In this document: piece after piece, positions 29,817 through 39,785 of the stretch
How positions within the stretch are numbered: the stretch's first letter is position 1
Layout: each line of letters opens with the position of its first letter
Assembly: GCA_016192455.1 (NCBI GenBank)
Contig: JACPUC010000029.1
Span: 124,001-188,000, forward strand
Length of the DNA stretch: 64,000 nt
Reading direction: 5' to 3'
From: Candidatus Tectimicrobiota bacterium
GTDB lineage: Bacteria; JACPUC01
Translations under genes and position numbers: made by a program
The notes under the pieces: model-generated
Told to the model about the DNA's origin: nothing
The model's database searches: none
What the model saw: only the letters and a program-made list of their open reading frames with translations

Positions 29817-30536
29817 CTACTCGGCGGGGATCTCAAGCTCGGCGACGGTCTCGGCGGCGTCCGGCGTCTTCTCCTCCTCCTGGTCGGAGTGCTTCTGAGC
29901 GGCAGGGTTGAACTCGAAGGCGACGCAGCACTTCAGGCGACCGCACATGCCGGTGAGCTTGTTGACATTCATCGACAGGTTCTGCTTCTTCGCCATCTTG
30001 ATCGAGACCGGCTTGAAGGAGGTGAGGAACGTCGTGCAGCAGAGGGAGCGGCCGCACGGTCCGAAGCCTCCGAGCAGACGCGACTTGTCTCGTACGCCGA
30101 TCTGCTTCATCTCGATGCGGGTGCGGTAGCGGCGCGCCAGATCGCGCACCAGGGCGCGAAAATCGACCCGAGCATCGGCGGTGAAGTAGAAGTACGCTTT
30201 CCGGCCGTCGTAGAGGAACTCCGTCATCACCAGCTTCATCGGCAGCTCGTGCTTGCGGATGCGCTCGAGGCAGAAGGCGAACGCCTCCCGCTCGCGCCGC
30301 TCGAGGTACGCCAGGTGATCGAGGTCCTCCTTGGAGATCCGGCGCGCGACGCGCGGCAAGGTGCGGTGCAGAAGCTGTTCGCCCATGGCGCGCGAGCCAA
30401 GGGTGACCATGCCCACGTCCGGGCCTTCGGGCAACTCGACGATGCATTGCTCCCCGGCTTCGAGAGCGAGGTCGCCGGCATCGCACTGCCTGATGCTATT
30501 GCGGTTGCGCAACACGAGATCAACGACGACACGCAT
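29817..30536 (-). CDS. PSP1/RicT (YaaT) domain protein
   Basis: FYFTADARVDFR.LV, GPCGRSLCC, KLTGMCGRLKCC; conserved holB-PSP1-metG order. Confidence 0.92.
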   Translation of the reverse strand: MRVVVDLVLRNRNSIRQCDAGDLALEAGEQCIVELPEGPDVGMVTLGSRAMGEQLLHRTLPRVARRISKEDLDHLAYLERREREAFAFCLERIRKHELPMKLVMTEFLYDGRKAYFYFTADARVDFRALVRDLARRYRTRIEMKQIGVRDKSRLLGGFGPCGRSLCCTTFLTSFKPVSIKMAKKQNLSMNVNKLTGMCGRLKCCVAFEFNPAAQKHSDQEEEKTPDAAETVAELEIPAE

Positions 30537-31569
30537 GACAATACTCTGCGAGGGCCTGGAGATCTGCCCCAGCCGTGAGCAGGAGGTCGAGGGTGAGCTG
30601 GGCGTGGACGTTCCGGCGAATTGCATGCGACGCTGCCAGAATCCCCGCTAATATAGCCTCCACCTGCTCATTTCTCAAGCGTGCCGCGATCTCTCCCAGC
30701 TCCGCGGCGGCGTCGGCGTTGAGCAGGAAGCGGCGGAGCGCGCTCTCCGGCTCCCCAGCGCTCCTCTCCCGGCTGCCGCAGAGGAGGAGCAGGTCGCGCG
30801 CCACCAGGGCGAGGAGGTCAACGAACTCCAGGACCTCCTCGCGGGCGCGCCCCCGCGTGAGCTGCTCGCTGAACTCGAAGCAGGGCAGGGCCCCCCCATC
30901 GAGCCCAAGCCGCAGGAAAGCCACGGCAAGGCGCCGCAGATCGCGCAGCCGCTCGATGTCCACCGCCAGCGCCTGGCCGGGACACCCTGCCGACAGGCCA
31001 GCGACGAGGCGCGCCGTGGCGGCGTCAAACTGCCGGCGCTGCCGCAGGAGCTGCGCCACGTGCTCCGCCGCCAGGGTGCCGAAGCGCACGACCTGGCAGC
31101 GGGAGACCACCGTCAGCGGCAGCGCCGCCAGGTTCTGGCAGACAAGGATGAAATGCGTCGCCTCGGGGGGCTCCTCAAGGGTCTTCAGGAATGCCGCGGC
31201 CGCCTCGGTGCCGAGGCGGTCCGCCTCGTCGAGCACGGCCACCTTGGCGCCGCCGCAGAAGGCCCGCAGCCCTAGGCGATCCTGGAGGATGCGGATCTGC
31301 TCGATCTTGATCTGCTGCCCGTCGGGGGCGACGACGTGGAAATCGGGGTGAGCGCCGCGCGCGCAGCGGCGGCAGGCGTCGCACCTGCCGCAGCCGAGGC
31401 TGCCGCGTTCTTCGCAGAGGAGGGCCTGCCCCATGGCCAGGGCGGTGGCGTGCTTGCCGACGCCGCGCGCGCCGACGAAGAGATAGGCATGCGGCACCCG
31501 GCGGGTGCGCAGCGCCGCTTCCAGGAGCTGCTTGACGTGTTCGTGCCCAAGAATCGTCTCGAACGCCAC
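30520..31569 (-). CDS. holB: DNA polymerase III delta' subunit
   Basis: HAYLF.G..GVGK, CGRCDAC, HPDF, LKTLEEPP, SRC. Confidence 0.93.
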   Translation of the reverse strand: MAFETILGHEHVKQLLEAALRTRRVPHAYLFVGARGVGKHATALAMGQALLCEERGSLGCGRCDACRRCARGAHPDFHVVAPDGQQIKIEQIRILQDRLGLRAFCGGAKVAVLDEADRLGTEAAAAFLKTLEEPPEATHFILVCQNLAALPLTVVSRCQVVRFGTLAAEHVAQLLRQRRQFDAATARLVAGLSAGCPGQALAVDIERLRDLRRLAVAFLRLGLDGGALPCFEFSEQLTRGRAREEVLEFVDLLALVARDLLLLCGSRERSAGEPESALRRFLLNADAAAELGEIAARLRNEQVEAILAGILAASHAIRRNVHAQLTLDLLLTAGADLQALAEYCHACRR

Positions 31570-31713
31570 GCGTCCCTTTTCTCCTCACCGGTCGGGCCGG
31601 GCCGCGCGGCACGGCACACCGCCGTGTTCCGGCGGCCGCAGGCCAAGAGGGAGCCGATCGCCCCGCCGGCTGGCTTGCGCTCCGTCACCGCATGGATGGC
31701 CGCCGGGCGCGCC

Positions 31714-32370
31714 TCAGGCTGACGCTCCGGCCGCGGGGGGAAGTCGAGCCCGGACGACGCCCAGCACCGCCGCCCGCACCTCTTCGACACCGCCATCTGC
31801 CAGGATCACCGCGATGCGCCGCGGCTCCGCCGCCGCGATGGCCAAGTAGCCGCGCCGCACGCGCTGGTGAAAGGCAAGGTTCTCCCGCTCCAGGCGATCG
31901 GCCCCTGCGCTCGCAACCGCGCCGCGCTCAGCCAGCCGCCGCAGGCCGACCTCCACGGGCAGGTCGAGGAGGAGCGTCAGGTCAGGCACCAGCCCCCCTC
32001 CCGCCACGCTGTTGAGTTGGCGGAGAAGCTCGCGATCATGCCCGCGTCCGTCCCCCTGGTAGGCGAGGGTGGAGTCGGTGAAGCGGTCGCAGAGGACCAC
32101 CCTGCCGGCCGCGAGGGCCGGGCGCAGCACCTCCTCGACATGCTGCGCGCGGTCCGCCAGGTAGAGTAGCAGCTCGGCGAGCGAGGTGATCGCAGCCCCG
32201 GGAGCGTGCAGGAGCAGCTCGCGGATGCGTTCTCCGAGAGGGGTGCCGCCTGGCTCGCGGCTGACGACGCAGGCATGGCCGGCCTGGCGCAACGCCTCGG
32301 CCAAAAGCCGACACTGCGTCGACTTGCCGCTCCCTTCAACCCCCTCGAAGGTGATGAAGTAACCAGGCAT
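31714..32370 (-). CDS. tmk: Thymidylate kinase
   Basis: FITFEGVEGSGKST, REPGGT, CDRFTDSTLAYQG. Confidence 0.96.
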   Translation of the reverse strand: MPGYFITFEGVEGSGKSTQCRLLAEALRQAGHACVVSREPGGTPLGERIRELLLHAPGAAITSLAELLLYLADRAQHVEEVLRPALAAGRVVLCDRFTDSTLAYQGDGRGHDRELLRQLNSVAGGGLVPDLTLLLDLPVEVGLRRLAERGAVASAGADRLERENLAFHQRVRRGYLAIAAAEPRRIAVILADGGVEEVRAAVLGVVRARLPPAAGASA

Positions 32371-32647
32371 GGCGCCACTCGGTTAGGCGTCCGGCGCGCG
32401 GCTCGCCACGTTCGCCCGCGCCGGCTCGGGCGCGCCCGCTCTCCCACCTCGTGTCGCTCCGCGGAGGCAGGGCGCCTGCAGACTTCCGCCCCCTCTTCCC
32501 GGCAAGCGCGCCATGTCGATGAAGAGTTGCGGTGCGACCGAACCCGGCGCGGCGCTCCCCACGTCGGCGGCTGGGGCGGCTGCTCGACCTCGGCTCCCGC
32601 CGCGCGCCTGGACGAAGGCGACGGTCGCCATCCCGGTCGCCGCCACC

Positions 32648-33799
32648 TCAATGTCCGGCATCGTGATGCCACTCCGGCAGCAGGACAATGCTGTTGGGAT
32701 TGTACCCCTGCTTCTTCAGCGTATCCATGCTCGCCACTACTTTCTCCTGCTGAAGGTCGATCACGGTGACCGACCCGTCGTTCATCCCGGGCAGGTTCAA
32801 GAGGCTGTTCTGCACGAAGGCGTAACGCTCATCCGGCGTGAAGGCCACGTGGTGCGCACCCGGCGCGGCCGGAATCGTCTTCACGAGCTTCGGGCTGCCG
32901 GGCTCCTTGCCGAGGTCGAAGATGTGCAGGGCGCCGGGCTTCGCCGTGGTGACGTAGAGGCGATCCCTTTTCCTGTTCACGTACATCTCCAGCGGCACAC
33001 CGGCGTTCTGAGGGGCGAAGTTAAAGGCCTCCCTGGCCTCGAACGCCTTCTTGGCTCCATCCCAGCGGGCGGTCCACAAGGTGTTGCCGTACATATTGGT
33101 GATGAAAGAGAGGGGCGGATTCGAACCCGGCAGCGGCAGGACCTCAACCGGCGCCACGCCGGAGGGCGACGCCTTCGCGGAGACTTTCAGCGGCGCGAGG
33201 AGCTCGCCCGTGCTGGTTTTGACGACGCTCAGCGTCTCGCCGGCGTCCCCCAGGTCGGAGGGGCGCACCGTGTTCGTGACCAGCATGCGATCAATGCCCG
33301 CCAGCACGGCGATCCCATGCGGGTAGGTGCCGGGGACCGAAATGGCCTTCATCGGTTTATCCGTCCGCGCGTCGCCCATGATCACGTTGGCGGATCCGAG
33401 GCAGGTCAGGTACCACGTCGCGTTGTCCTCGGAGAAGACAATATCCTCGCCCCCCTTGCAGTCTGGCACCGGCACCCGTTTGATGCGGTAGGGAAAGCGC
33501 TTCATGTCCAGAACGAGCACCTCGCTCTTGCCAAGCGCCGTCACGTACGCTTTGCTGACATCCTTGTTGTAAAAGATGTGGTGCGCCACCAGGTCCGGCG
33601 GCAAGGGGATGTCCAGGAGAATCTTGCCGAAGCTGTCGGACGTGGGGTCCACGTCGATGATCGCGATGCCTTCGCGCCGGGCGGTTTGCTCTGGCTTGCT
33701 CTCGTAGTTGAACATCGCCAGGATCTCCGCGCGCACGCCGAGCGGCAAAGCCGCGAGCACGAGCACGCTGACGAGCAGGAGTACGCTTACCCTCTTCAT
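32648..33799 (-). CDS. Secreted YncE/YVTN-like beta-propeller protein
   Basis: Signal peptide; repeated PHGIAV / AHHVAFTPD blades. Confidence 0.8.
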   Translation of the reverse strand: MKRVSVLLLVSVLVLAALPLGVRAEILAMFNYESKPEQTARREGIAIIDVDPTSDSFGKILLDIPLPPDLVAHHIFYNKDVSKAYVTALGKSEVLVLDMKRFPYRIKRVPVPDCKGGEDIVFSEDNATWYLTCLGSANVIMGDARTDKPMKAISVPGTYPHGIAVLAGIDRMLVTNTVRPSDLGDAGETLSVVKTSTGELLAPLKVSAKASPSGVAPVEVLPLPGSNPPLSFITNMYGNTLWTARWDGAKKAFEAREAFNFAPQNAGVPLEMYVNRKRDRLYVTTAKPGALHIFDLGKEPGSPKLVKTIPAAPGAHHVAFTPDERYAFVQNSLLNLPGMNDGSVTVIDLQQEKVVASMDTLKKQGYNPNSIVLLPEWHHDAGH

Positions 33800-34132
33800 T
33801 GGTATCCCCCCTCTGCGCCGCCGGAGCGACGCTGGAACTCTTGCGCAAACTGGGATGCACCCGCCGCCGGCGCACCCGTGGGCCCGGCGGCGGGCCGCCG
33901 GTTGAAACCAGGCGCCTGGCAGGCGCGCGGAGCGCCACCCCGTGGGCCCATCATCGTTGCCGCGTAGATAGACGCGCGAGAGCTCGGGTTGCGTGCGGCG
34001 CGGGAGCGCTCAACCGTCGAGTGAGAAACACGGAATTGTGATGCGGAGGAAGGTAGCAAAGGCAAAAAAGCAAGTCAACGCGAGGCAAAGGCGGCGCGAG
34101 CCGGCTTATCATCTGCTGCAGGGACCGGCCCT

Positions 34133-35494
34133 TTAGCCGCCACCCACCGCGAGCCCGCTCACCAGGAGGCTGGGGGAGCCGACGGAGGTGGCGCCGCCGG
34201 GAGGACCGAACTCGAGGTCGTCGCCGAGCGCCACCACCTCACGCAACAGCCGCAGGAAGTTTCCCGCGATGGTGAACTGCTGAAGGGGGTAGCAAATCTC
34301 GCCCTTCTCGAAGTAGTAACCGTGAGCCGCCAGGGAGAAATCACCCGACACCGGGTTGGCGCCGCTGTGCAAACCGTCGAGCTGCACCACCAGGATGCCC
34401 TTCGCCGCCTGCCCCAGAAGCTGTTCGCGCCGCTGGTGCCCGCGCTCGAGGTAGAGGTTCGAGGGGGCCACCTCCACCGCGGACTTGACAGAGGGGCGCG
34501 CTGCGTTCCCGGTCGACTGGGTGCCGTCCTTGTCGGCCGTGTAGGCGTTGTGGAGGACGTTCTGCAGCACCCCGTCCTTGATGAGCACGGTGTTGCGCGA
34601 GGGGACCCCCTCGGCATCGAAGGGCCGGGTCGCGAAGCCGCCCGGCAACAGCGCATTATCCCGCAGCACGAGGCCGGACGCCGCAATAGTCTCCCCGAGA
34701 CGGCCTTTCAGCAGCGACAGCCCCTCCTGGATGCGCTTGGCCGAGAAGATGCCGGCGAAGGTGGCGAGCAGGCTGCGCGCGGTGCGCGGATCGAAGAGGA
34801 GAGGGTAGGCCCCTGATTTCACCGCCTTGGCGTCCAGGCGGCGGACGCTCTCCTCGGCGGCAAGACGAGCCACCTCGCGGGCCGAGAGGCGGTCGGCACT
34901 CTTCGCGTAACGCACCTCGAAGGCGCTCTCCACCCGCTTGCCGCGCCGTGCCATGACCCCCGCGGTGACGTAGCCGCCATTGGCGCGGTAGTGCAGGTCG
35001 AGGCCTGAGCTGGTGGCGAGCGCAACATCCACCATGCCCTCCCCGTAGCTCGCCTGCGGCACATTGACGACGAGCTTGTGGTACTCCTTGGCGGCCTGCT
35101 CGATCTGCTTCGCCATGGCGATCTTCGCCTCGTGGTCAAGCGCCACGAAGCTGTCATCGTAAAGGGTGAGGCTGGGGTACGGCTGCGCCGGCGCCTCCGG
35201 CAGGCGCTGGTGCGGATCGACGGGCAGGAGCGCACTCACCTCGGCGGCGCGCCGCAGGGTTTTGCGCAGCGCCTCCGGGCTGACCTCCTCCGTGTAGGCG
35301 TAACCGCAGCGGCCATCGCGGAAGAGGCGCACCCCCACGCCCATGGTCTGCGAAAAGCTGAACGAGTCCACCTCGCCTTGGAAGACCTTGATGGAGAGCG
35401 AGGCTTGCTCGGCGCCGACGAGCTCGACATCGCCGAGCTTCAGCCGGCGGGCCTCGTCGATCCCCTCCTGGAGGAGCGTTCGCACGTTCGTCAT
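34133..35494 (-). CDS. pmbA: TldE/PmbA family protein
   Basis: RPFDAEG, STGNA, SGDFS; lacks HExxxH; follows tldD. Confidence 0.88.
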   Translation of the reverse strand: MTNVRTLLQEGIDEARRLKLGDVELVGAEQASLSIKVFQGEVDSFSFSQTMGVGVRLFRDGRCGYAYTEEVSPEALRKTLRRAAEVSALLPVDPHQRLPEAPAQPYPSLTLYDDSFVALDHEAKIAMAKQIEQAAKEYHKLVVNVPQASYGEGMVDVALATSSGLDLHYRANGGYVTAGVMARRGKRVESAFEVRYAKSADRLSAREVARLAAEESVRRLDAKAVKSGAYPLLFDPRTARSLLATFAGIFSAKRIQEGLSLLKGRLGETIAASGLVLRDNALLPGGFATRPFDAEGVPSRNTVLIKDGVLQNVLHNAYTADKDGTQSTGNAARPSVKSAVEVAPSNLYLERGHQRREQLLGQAAKGILVVQLDGLHSGANPVSGDFSLAAHGYYFEKGEICYPLQQFTIAGNFLRLLREVVALGDDLEFGPPGGATSVGSPSLLVSGLAVGGG

Positions 35495-35563
35495 CGGTGG
35501 CTCCTGCTTGGTCGCGCGCGCCGCGCGGCGCCGCTTCGTGCCGGGACGCGCCGCAGCGGCGTC

Positions 35564-36949
35564 CTACTCGCCGCGGCCGCCGACGAGGAGGTCGCGCACG
35601 CGGATGGAGGGCTGGCCGACGTTCACGGGGATGGCGCCGCTGGACGCGCCGCACATGCCGGGGGCGAGCTGCAGATCATTCCCGACCATGTCGATGTTCC
35701 GCAGGATGACCGCCCCGTTGCCGATGAGCGAGGCGCCGCGCACCGGGCGGGTGATCTTCCCCTTCTCGATCAGGTAGCCCTCCTGCACGGCGAAGTTGAA
35801 GTCGCCCGTCGCGGGGTTGACGCTGCCGCCGCCCATCTTCTTGGCGAAGAGACCGTACTCGGTGGCGGCGATCATCTCCTCCTGCGTGCGCTCGCCGGGA
35901 AGAATGTAGGTGTTGCGCATGCGCGAGACGGGGGCATAGCGGTAGGACTCGCGACGACCGCTGCCCGTCTCGGTGAGACCGAGCTTGCGTGCCGAGAGCT
36001 TGTCGACCAGCCACGACTTCAGGATGCCGTTCTCGATGAGGAGGGTGCGCTGCGTGAGGTTGCCCTCGTCGTCGTACGTCTGCGATCCCCACTCGTGCGG
36101 CAGGGTGCCGTCATCGACGGCGCTCACCACCTTCGAGGCGATCGCCTTCCCCATGCGATCACCGAAAATCGAGGCCTTCCTGGCCACCGCATAGGCCTCG
36201 AGGCCGTGGCCGCTGGCTTCATGGAAGATCACCCCGCCGAAGGCGTTGTTGAGCACCACCACCATCTTGCCGGTGGGGGCGTAGGCCGCCCTTACCATGC
36301 GCACCGCCGTCTCGGCGGCCTCGCGGGCATGGGCCTCCACGTCGAGATCGTCGTAGAACTCGAAGCCGCGGCAGGCGCCGGGGCTGGCGGCGCCGACCTG
36401 CTTCTCGCCGGCGAGGCTGGCCACCGCGCTGATCGACAGGCGGGTGCGCACGCGGCGGTCCTCGACGAACGTGCCCTCGCTGTTGGCGACGAGCACCCGC
36501 TGGTCTTCATCGACATACGTGATGTTCACCTGGTCGATGAGGCTGTCGTGGGAACGCGCCGCCTCGTTGGCCCGGCGCAGCAGCTCCGCCTTGCGCGCCA
36601 GCTCGACGGACGAGGGGTCGATGCGGCAGGCGTGGAGCAGCGGCTGCTGCCGGTCCTGCCAGCGCAAGCTCCCCCGGGAGGGCGCCCGCGCCTCGAGCGC
36701 GGCCGCGGAGCGCGCCACGGTCATGAGGCCGTCGCGGCTCACATCGTTGGTGTAGGTGTAGACGGAGTTGGTGCCGTAGAAGAGGCGCAGACCCGCCCCG
36801 AAGTCGGTGCCGACGACGGCGCGCTCCACCTCGTTGCTCGCGAAGTGGAGGGTGGTGCGATCCTTCTCCTCCAGGAAAAGCTCCGCGAAATCAGCGCCGC
36901 GCTCGAGGCAGTACTCAAGCACGGTGTTGGCAAGATTTCTCTCAATCAT
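35564..36949 (-). CDS. tldD: TldD family metalloprotease
   Basis: FHEASGHGLEA, DDEG, RMRNTY, C-terminal CG...PV.VGQP. Confidence 0.92.
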   Translation of the reverse strand: MIERNLANTVLEYCLERGADFAELFLEEKDRTTLHFASNEVERAVVGTDFGAGLRLFYGTNSVYTYTNDVSRDGLMTVARSAAALEARAPSRGSLRWQDRQQPLLHACRIDPSSVELARKAELLRRANEAARSHDSLIDQVNITYVDEDQRVLVANSEGTFVEDRRVRTRLSISAVASLAGEKQVGAASPGACRGFEFYDDLDVEAHAREAAETAVRMVRAAYAPTGKMVVVLNNAFGGVIFHEASGHGLEAYAVARKASIFGDRMGKAIASKVVSAVDDGTLPHEWGSQTYDDEGNLTQRTLLIENGILKSWLVDKLSARKLGLTETGSGRRESYRYAPVSRMRNTYILPGERTQEEMIAATEYGLFAKKMGGGSVNPATGDFNFAVQEGYLIEKGKITRPVRGASLIGNGAVILRNIDMVGNDLQLAPGMCGASSGAIPVNVGQPSIRVRDLLVGGRGE

Positions 36950-37006
36950 CGAGGGTATCCCTCTGCGTCGCCTGGCGTGGTGGTTCCTCGATCCCCCATG
37001 TCCTTA

Positions 37007-37054
37007 CCCTCACCCGTTCCCTCTCCCACTGGGAGAGGGGCCAGAGGCGAGGGG
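37007..37054. repeat. CCCTC-type REP-like palindrome
   Basis: CCCTCACCCG..CCCTCTCCCACTGGGAGAGGGG...GAGGGG. Confidence 0.5.
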
Positions 37055-37125
37055 CACTGCTCCTCGTACTCCTCTCGAACAGAATCAACAACCATGGTCA
37101 TGGATTAAATTCGCAGGAGAAACCT

Positions 37126-37653
37126 CTATGACCGCTCCTCCAGGGCCTTGATGATCTCGCGGCAAAACGCGGGCAGATCATCCGGCACGCGCGAGGTGAT
37201 GAGGTTGCCGTCCACCACCACCTCCTTGTCAACGTACTCCGCGCCGGCGTTCACCACGTCGTCCTTGATCGAGAAGAAGCAGGTGGCCTTCTTGCCGCGC
37301 AGGATGCCGGCGGAGCAGAGCATCCAGGCGGCGTGACAGATGGCCGCCACCACCTTCCCTTGGGCATGCATCCGGCGCACCAGTTCAACCATGGGCTGAT
37401 GGCGGCGCATGAGGTCGGGCGCGTAGCCGCCGGGGATGATCAGCGCATCGAGGTCCTCCGCGTGCACCTTGTCCGCCGTGGTGTCCACGCGCACCGGGTA
37501 GCCGTGCTTGCTCTCGTACTGTTGCTTGCTCCCCGTCCCCACGACGAGCACCTGAGCTCCTTCTTCCCGCAAGCGCAGGAGCGGGTACCACAACTCCTGA
37601 TCCTGATACTGATCCTCGGCCAGGATGGCGACCTGCTTGGTGCTGAGACGCAT
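37126..37653 (-). CDS. PfpI/DJ-1 family protein
   Basis: ELWYP, IPGG, AAICHA, DGNLITSR.P.DL. Confidence 0.93.
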   Translation of the reverse strand: MRLSTKQVAILAEDQYQDQELWYPLLRLREEGAQVLVVGTGSKQQYESKHGYPVRVDTTADKVHAEDLDALIIPGGYAPDLMRRHQPMVELVRRMHAQGKVVAAICHAAWMLCSAGILRGKKATCFFSIKDDVVNAGAEYVDKEVVVDGNLITSRVPDDLPAFCREIIKALEERS

Positions 37654-38023
37654 GGCTCATCTCCTTGGGCAGCTCTCTGCTGGGAGCTCGCTGCCGCGAG
37701 AACCGTGAGTGCTCGGCCGCCCGCCGAGCCGTAACGCCGGCCGGCGCGGCCCGCGGCGAGCTGAGTCCCCGAACCTTGGCAACTCCTCGTCAGGCCAGTG
37801 TTACATACTAGAGCGCGGGACTCTCCGCGCCACCACAATCGGCGCAGGGGCATCCTGCCCAGCGGACGCCCCTCCACCTCGGCACGGCGCGGGCGGTGGA
37901 AGCAGGAAGGGGGAACCCGCTCTGGATTCCCCCCGACATGCCTCGCTTGGCGGTTCCGCACCTCCATCAAGCGCGGGTCTGAAGAGCGCCCCGACGCGGC
38001 CACCGCGGCGCTTCACCGGATCT

Positions 38024-38938
38024 TCACTGGATATAGTCGAGCCAGTGCTTGTAGCGGCTGTCTTCGCCATGCACGACGGCGAAGAAGGTGTCCTGCAGCG
38101 CCGTGGTGACGGGACCGCGCGTGCCGCCGCTGATGGTGCGACCATCCACCTCGCGGATCGGCGTCAGCTCCGCCGCCGTGCCGGTGAGGAAGACCTCGGA
38201 GGCGGTGTAGAGCTCGTCGCGCGAGAAGTTCTGCTCGATGACGGTGTGACCCTGATCGCGGGCGATCTGCATGAGCGAGTCGCGGGTGATGCCTTCGAGG
38301 ATGTTGGTGATCGGCGGGGTCTTGATGACGCCGCGGCGCACCATGAAGAGGTTCTCCCCCGTCCCCTCGACGACGTTCCCCTGCGGGTCGAGCATGAGGG
38401 CCTCATCGAAGCCGTCGCGCACCGCCTCGAGCTTGGCGAGCTGGGAGTTGGCGTAGTTGCCGCAGACCTTCGCCTTCGTCATGCTGATGTTGATGTGGTG
38501 CCGCGTGAAGGAGGAGGTGCGCACGCGGATGCCGTGCTCCATGCCCTCCTCGCCGAGGTAGGCTCCCCACGGCCAGACGGCGATGGAGACGTTGACCGGC
38601 GCGCCGGTCGAGTTCAAGCCCATGACGCCGTAGCCGAAGTAGACGATGGGCCGGATGTAGCAGGCGTCCAGCTCGTTGGCGCGGATGGTCTCCTTGATGG
38701 CGGCCTTGATCTGCTGCGGGGTGAACGGGATTTTCATGCCGACGATGTGGGCCGAGCCGAAGAGACGCTCGATATGCTCATCGTGGCGAAAGACAGCCGA
38801 CCCATCCTTCGTGGCGTAGCAGCGGATGCCTTCGAACACGCCAAGGCCGTAGTGCAAGGTGTGGGTGAGGATGTGCACCTTGGCGTCCGCCCAGTCCACC
38901 AGCTTCCCATCCATCCAGATTTTCTTCACTTCCTGCAT
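38024..38938 (-). CDS. ilvE: Branched-chain amino acid aminotransferase
   Basis: [41 protein letters not shown]. Confidence 0.95.
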   Translation of the reverse strand: MQEVKKIWMDGKLVDWADAKVHILTHTLHYGLGVFEGIRCYATKDGSAVFRHDEHIERLFGSAHIVGMKIPFTPQQIKAAIKETIRANELDACYIRPIVYFGYGVMGLNSTGAPVNVSIAVWPWGAYLGEEGMEHGIRVRTSSFTRHHINISMTKAKVCGNYANSQLAKLEAVRDGFDEALMLDPQGNVVEGTGENLFMVRRGVIKTPPITNILEGITRDSLMQIARDQGHTVIEQNFSRDELYTASEVFLTGTAAELTPIREVDGRTISGGTRGPVTTALQDTFFAVVHGEDSRYKHWLDYIQ

Positions 38939-39120
38939 CGCACCAGTCCCTCTTCCCGTGCCCCCACTGCCCCTTGCAACGCTGACCACCCCGCCGCGAG
39001 CCGCCCGGCACCCCCGCCGCTCGCCTCAGCCATCCTATACCACGCCCGATGCGCCGGGGCAACCGGAAGCGCTGCCAGGCCTGAGGCGCGGGTCGCCTGA
39101 GGAGGGCGCACGCAGCGCCT

Positions 39121-39179
39121 CCTTCATCGCCAGCCGCAGGGTAACCCCGATGAGCTTTTTTTGCGGCTGGCTATGGAGG
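39121..39179. terminator. Long imperfect hairpin at the 3' end of the ATPase/TOPRIM pair
   Basis: GCCAGCCGCA / TGCGGCTGGC core with extendable arms. Confidence 0.4.
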
Positions 39180-39779
39180 ACTTCCCAAAAGTTCGCTGAG
39201 GCGTTGGCGGCAGCGTCTCAAACTGTCGGAGCGCCTGGCGGCCATGCCCGGCCTCCAATGCTGGGCGGCGAACTCGCTGAGGTAGGAGGTATAGAGAGGA
39301 CCCACCTTGCGGCCGCTTCCGAGGCGGGGGGGCAGGTGCTCGCGCACGTCCTTGCGACGCGACTTCCGGGCAAGCTGAACGACGGTTTCCTTGGGATTCT
39401 CAAGTTGCTCCGGCCTTTGGGGGATCGTTGATCCCGCCACGCCGAAAAAAGCAGCGAACTCCTCCATGTCGGCAAGGAGCCACGCCTCCACCGCGCGGAC
39501 GGCAACGCGGAAGCACATGTGCCGCGCCGGATCAGGCAGGTGGCGGACGCGAAACGGCGGGGCGCAGTCTGCATCCCCATTGAGATCAACCAAGACGAGC
39601 CATCTGCCGTGTTGTGCGGCCTGGTTATACCCCCGAAGCTTCTGCAAGAGATGCGGCTTGCCATTCTTGCCATACACGGAACCGGTCTTCGCCCCTGCGC
39701 TTGCAAAAAGGCGGCGCAGCACGACTTCATCCACAATTCCTTCCACCACGCAGTTTACGAGGATGCCAGACTCAGCCAC
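39171..39779 (-). CDS. TOPRIM-like (DUF4276-like) putative nuclease
   Basis: VVEG.VD, VLVDLNGD, AVRAVEAWLLAD, PE.LENPK; starts a few bases downstream of the ATPase. Confidence 0.7.
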   Translation of the reverse strand: MAESGILVNCVVEGIVDEVVLRRLFASAGAKTGSVYGKNGKPHLLQKLRGYNQAAQHGRWLVLVDLNGDADCAPPFRVRHLPDPARHMCFRVAVRAVEAWLLADMEEFAAFFGVAGSTIPQRPEQLENPKETVVQLARKSRRKDVREHLPPRLGSGRKVGPLYTSYLSEFAAQHWRPGMAARRSDSLRRCRQRLSELLGSPP

Positions 39780-39785
39780 AATCGT

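Noticed and set aside
37700-38020. RNase P RNA, tmRNA, SRP, or lysine/fluoride/ZTP riboswitch
   Set aside because: Only fragmentary resemblance; diagnostic motifs such as GAGGAAAGTCC, a tRNA-like end, or the SRP GGAAGGAAGCAGC loop in context are missing
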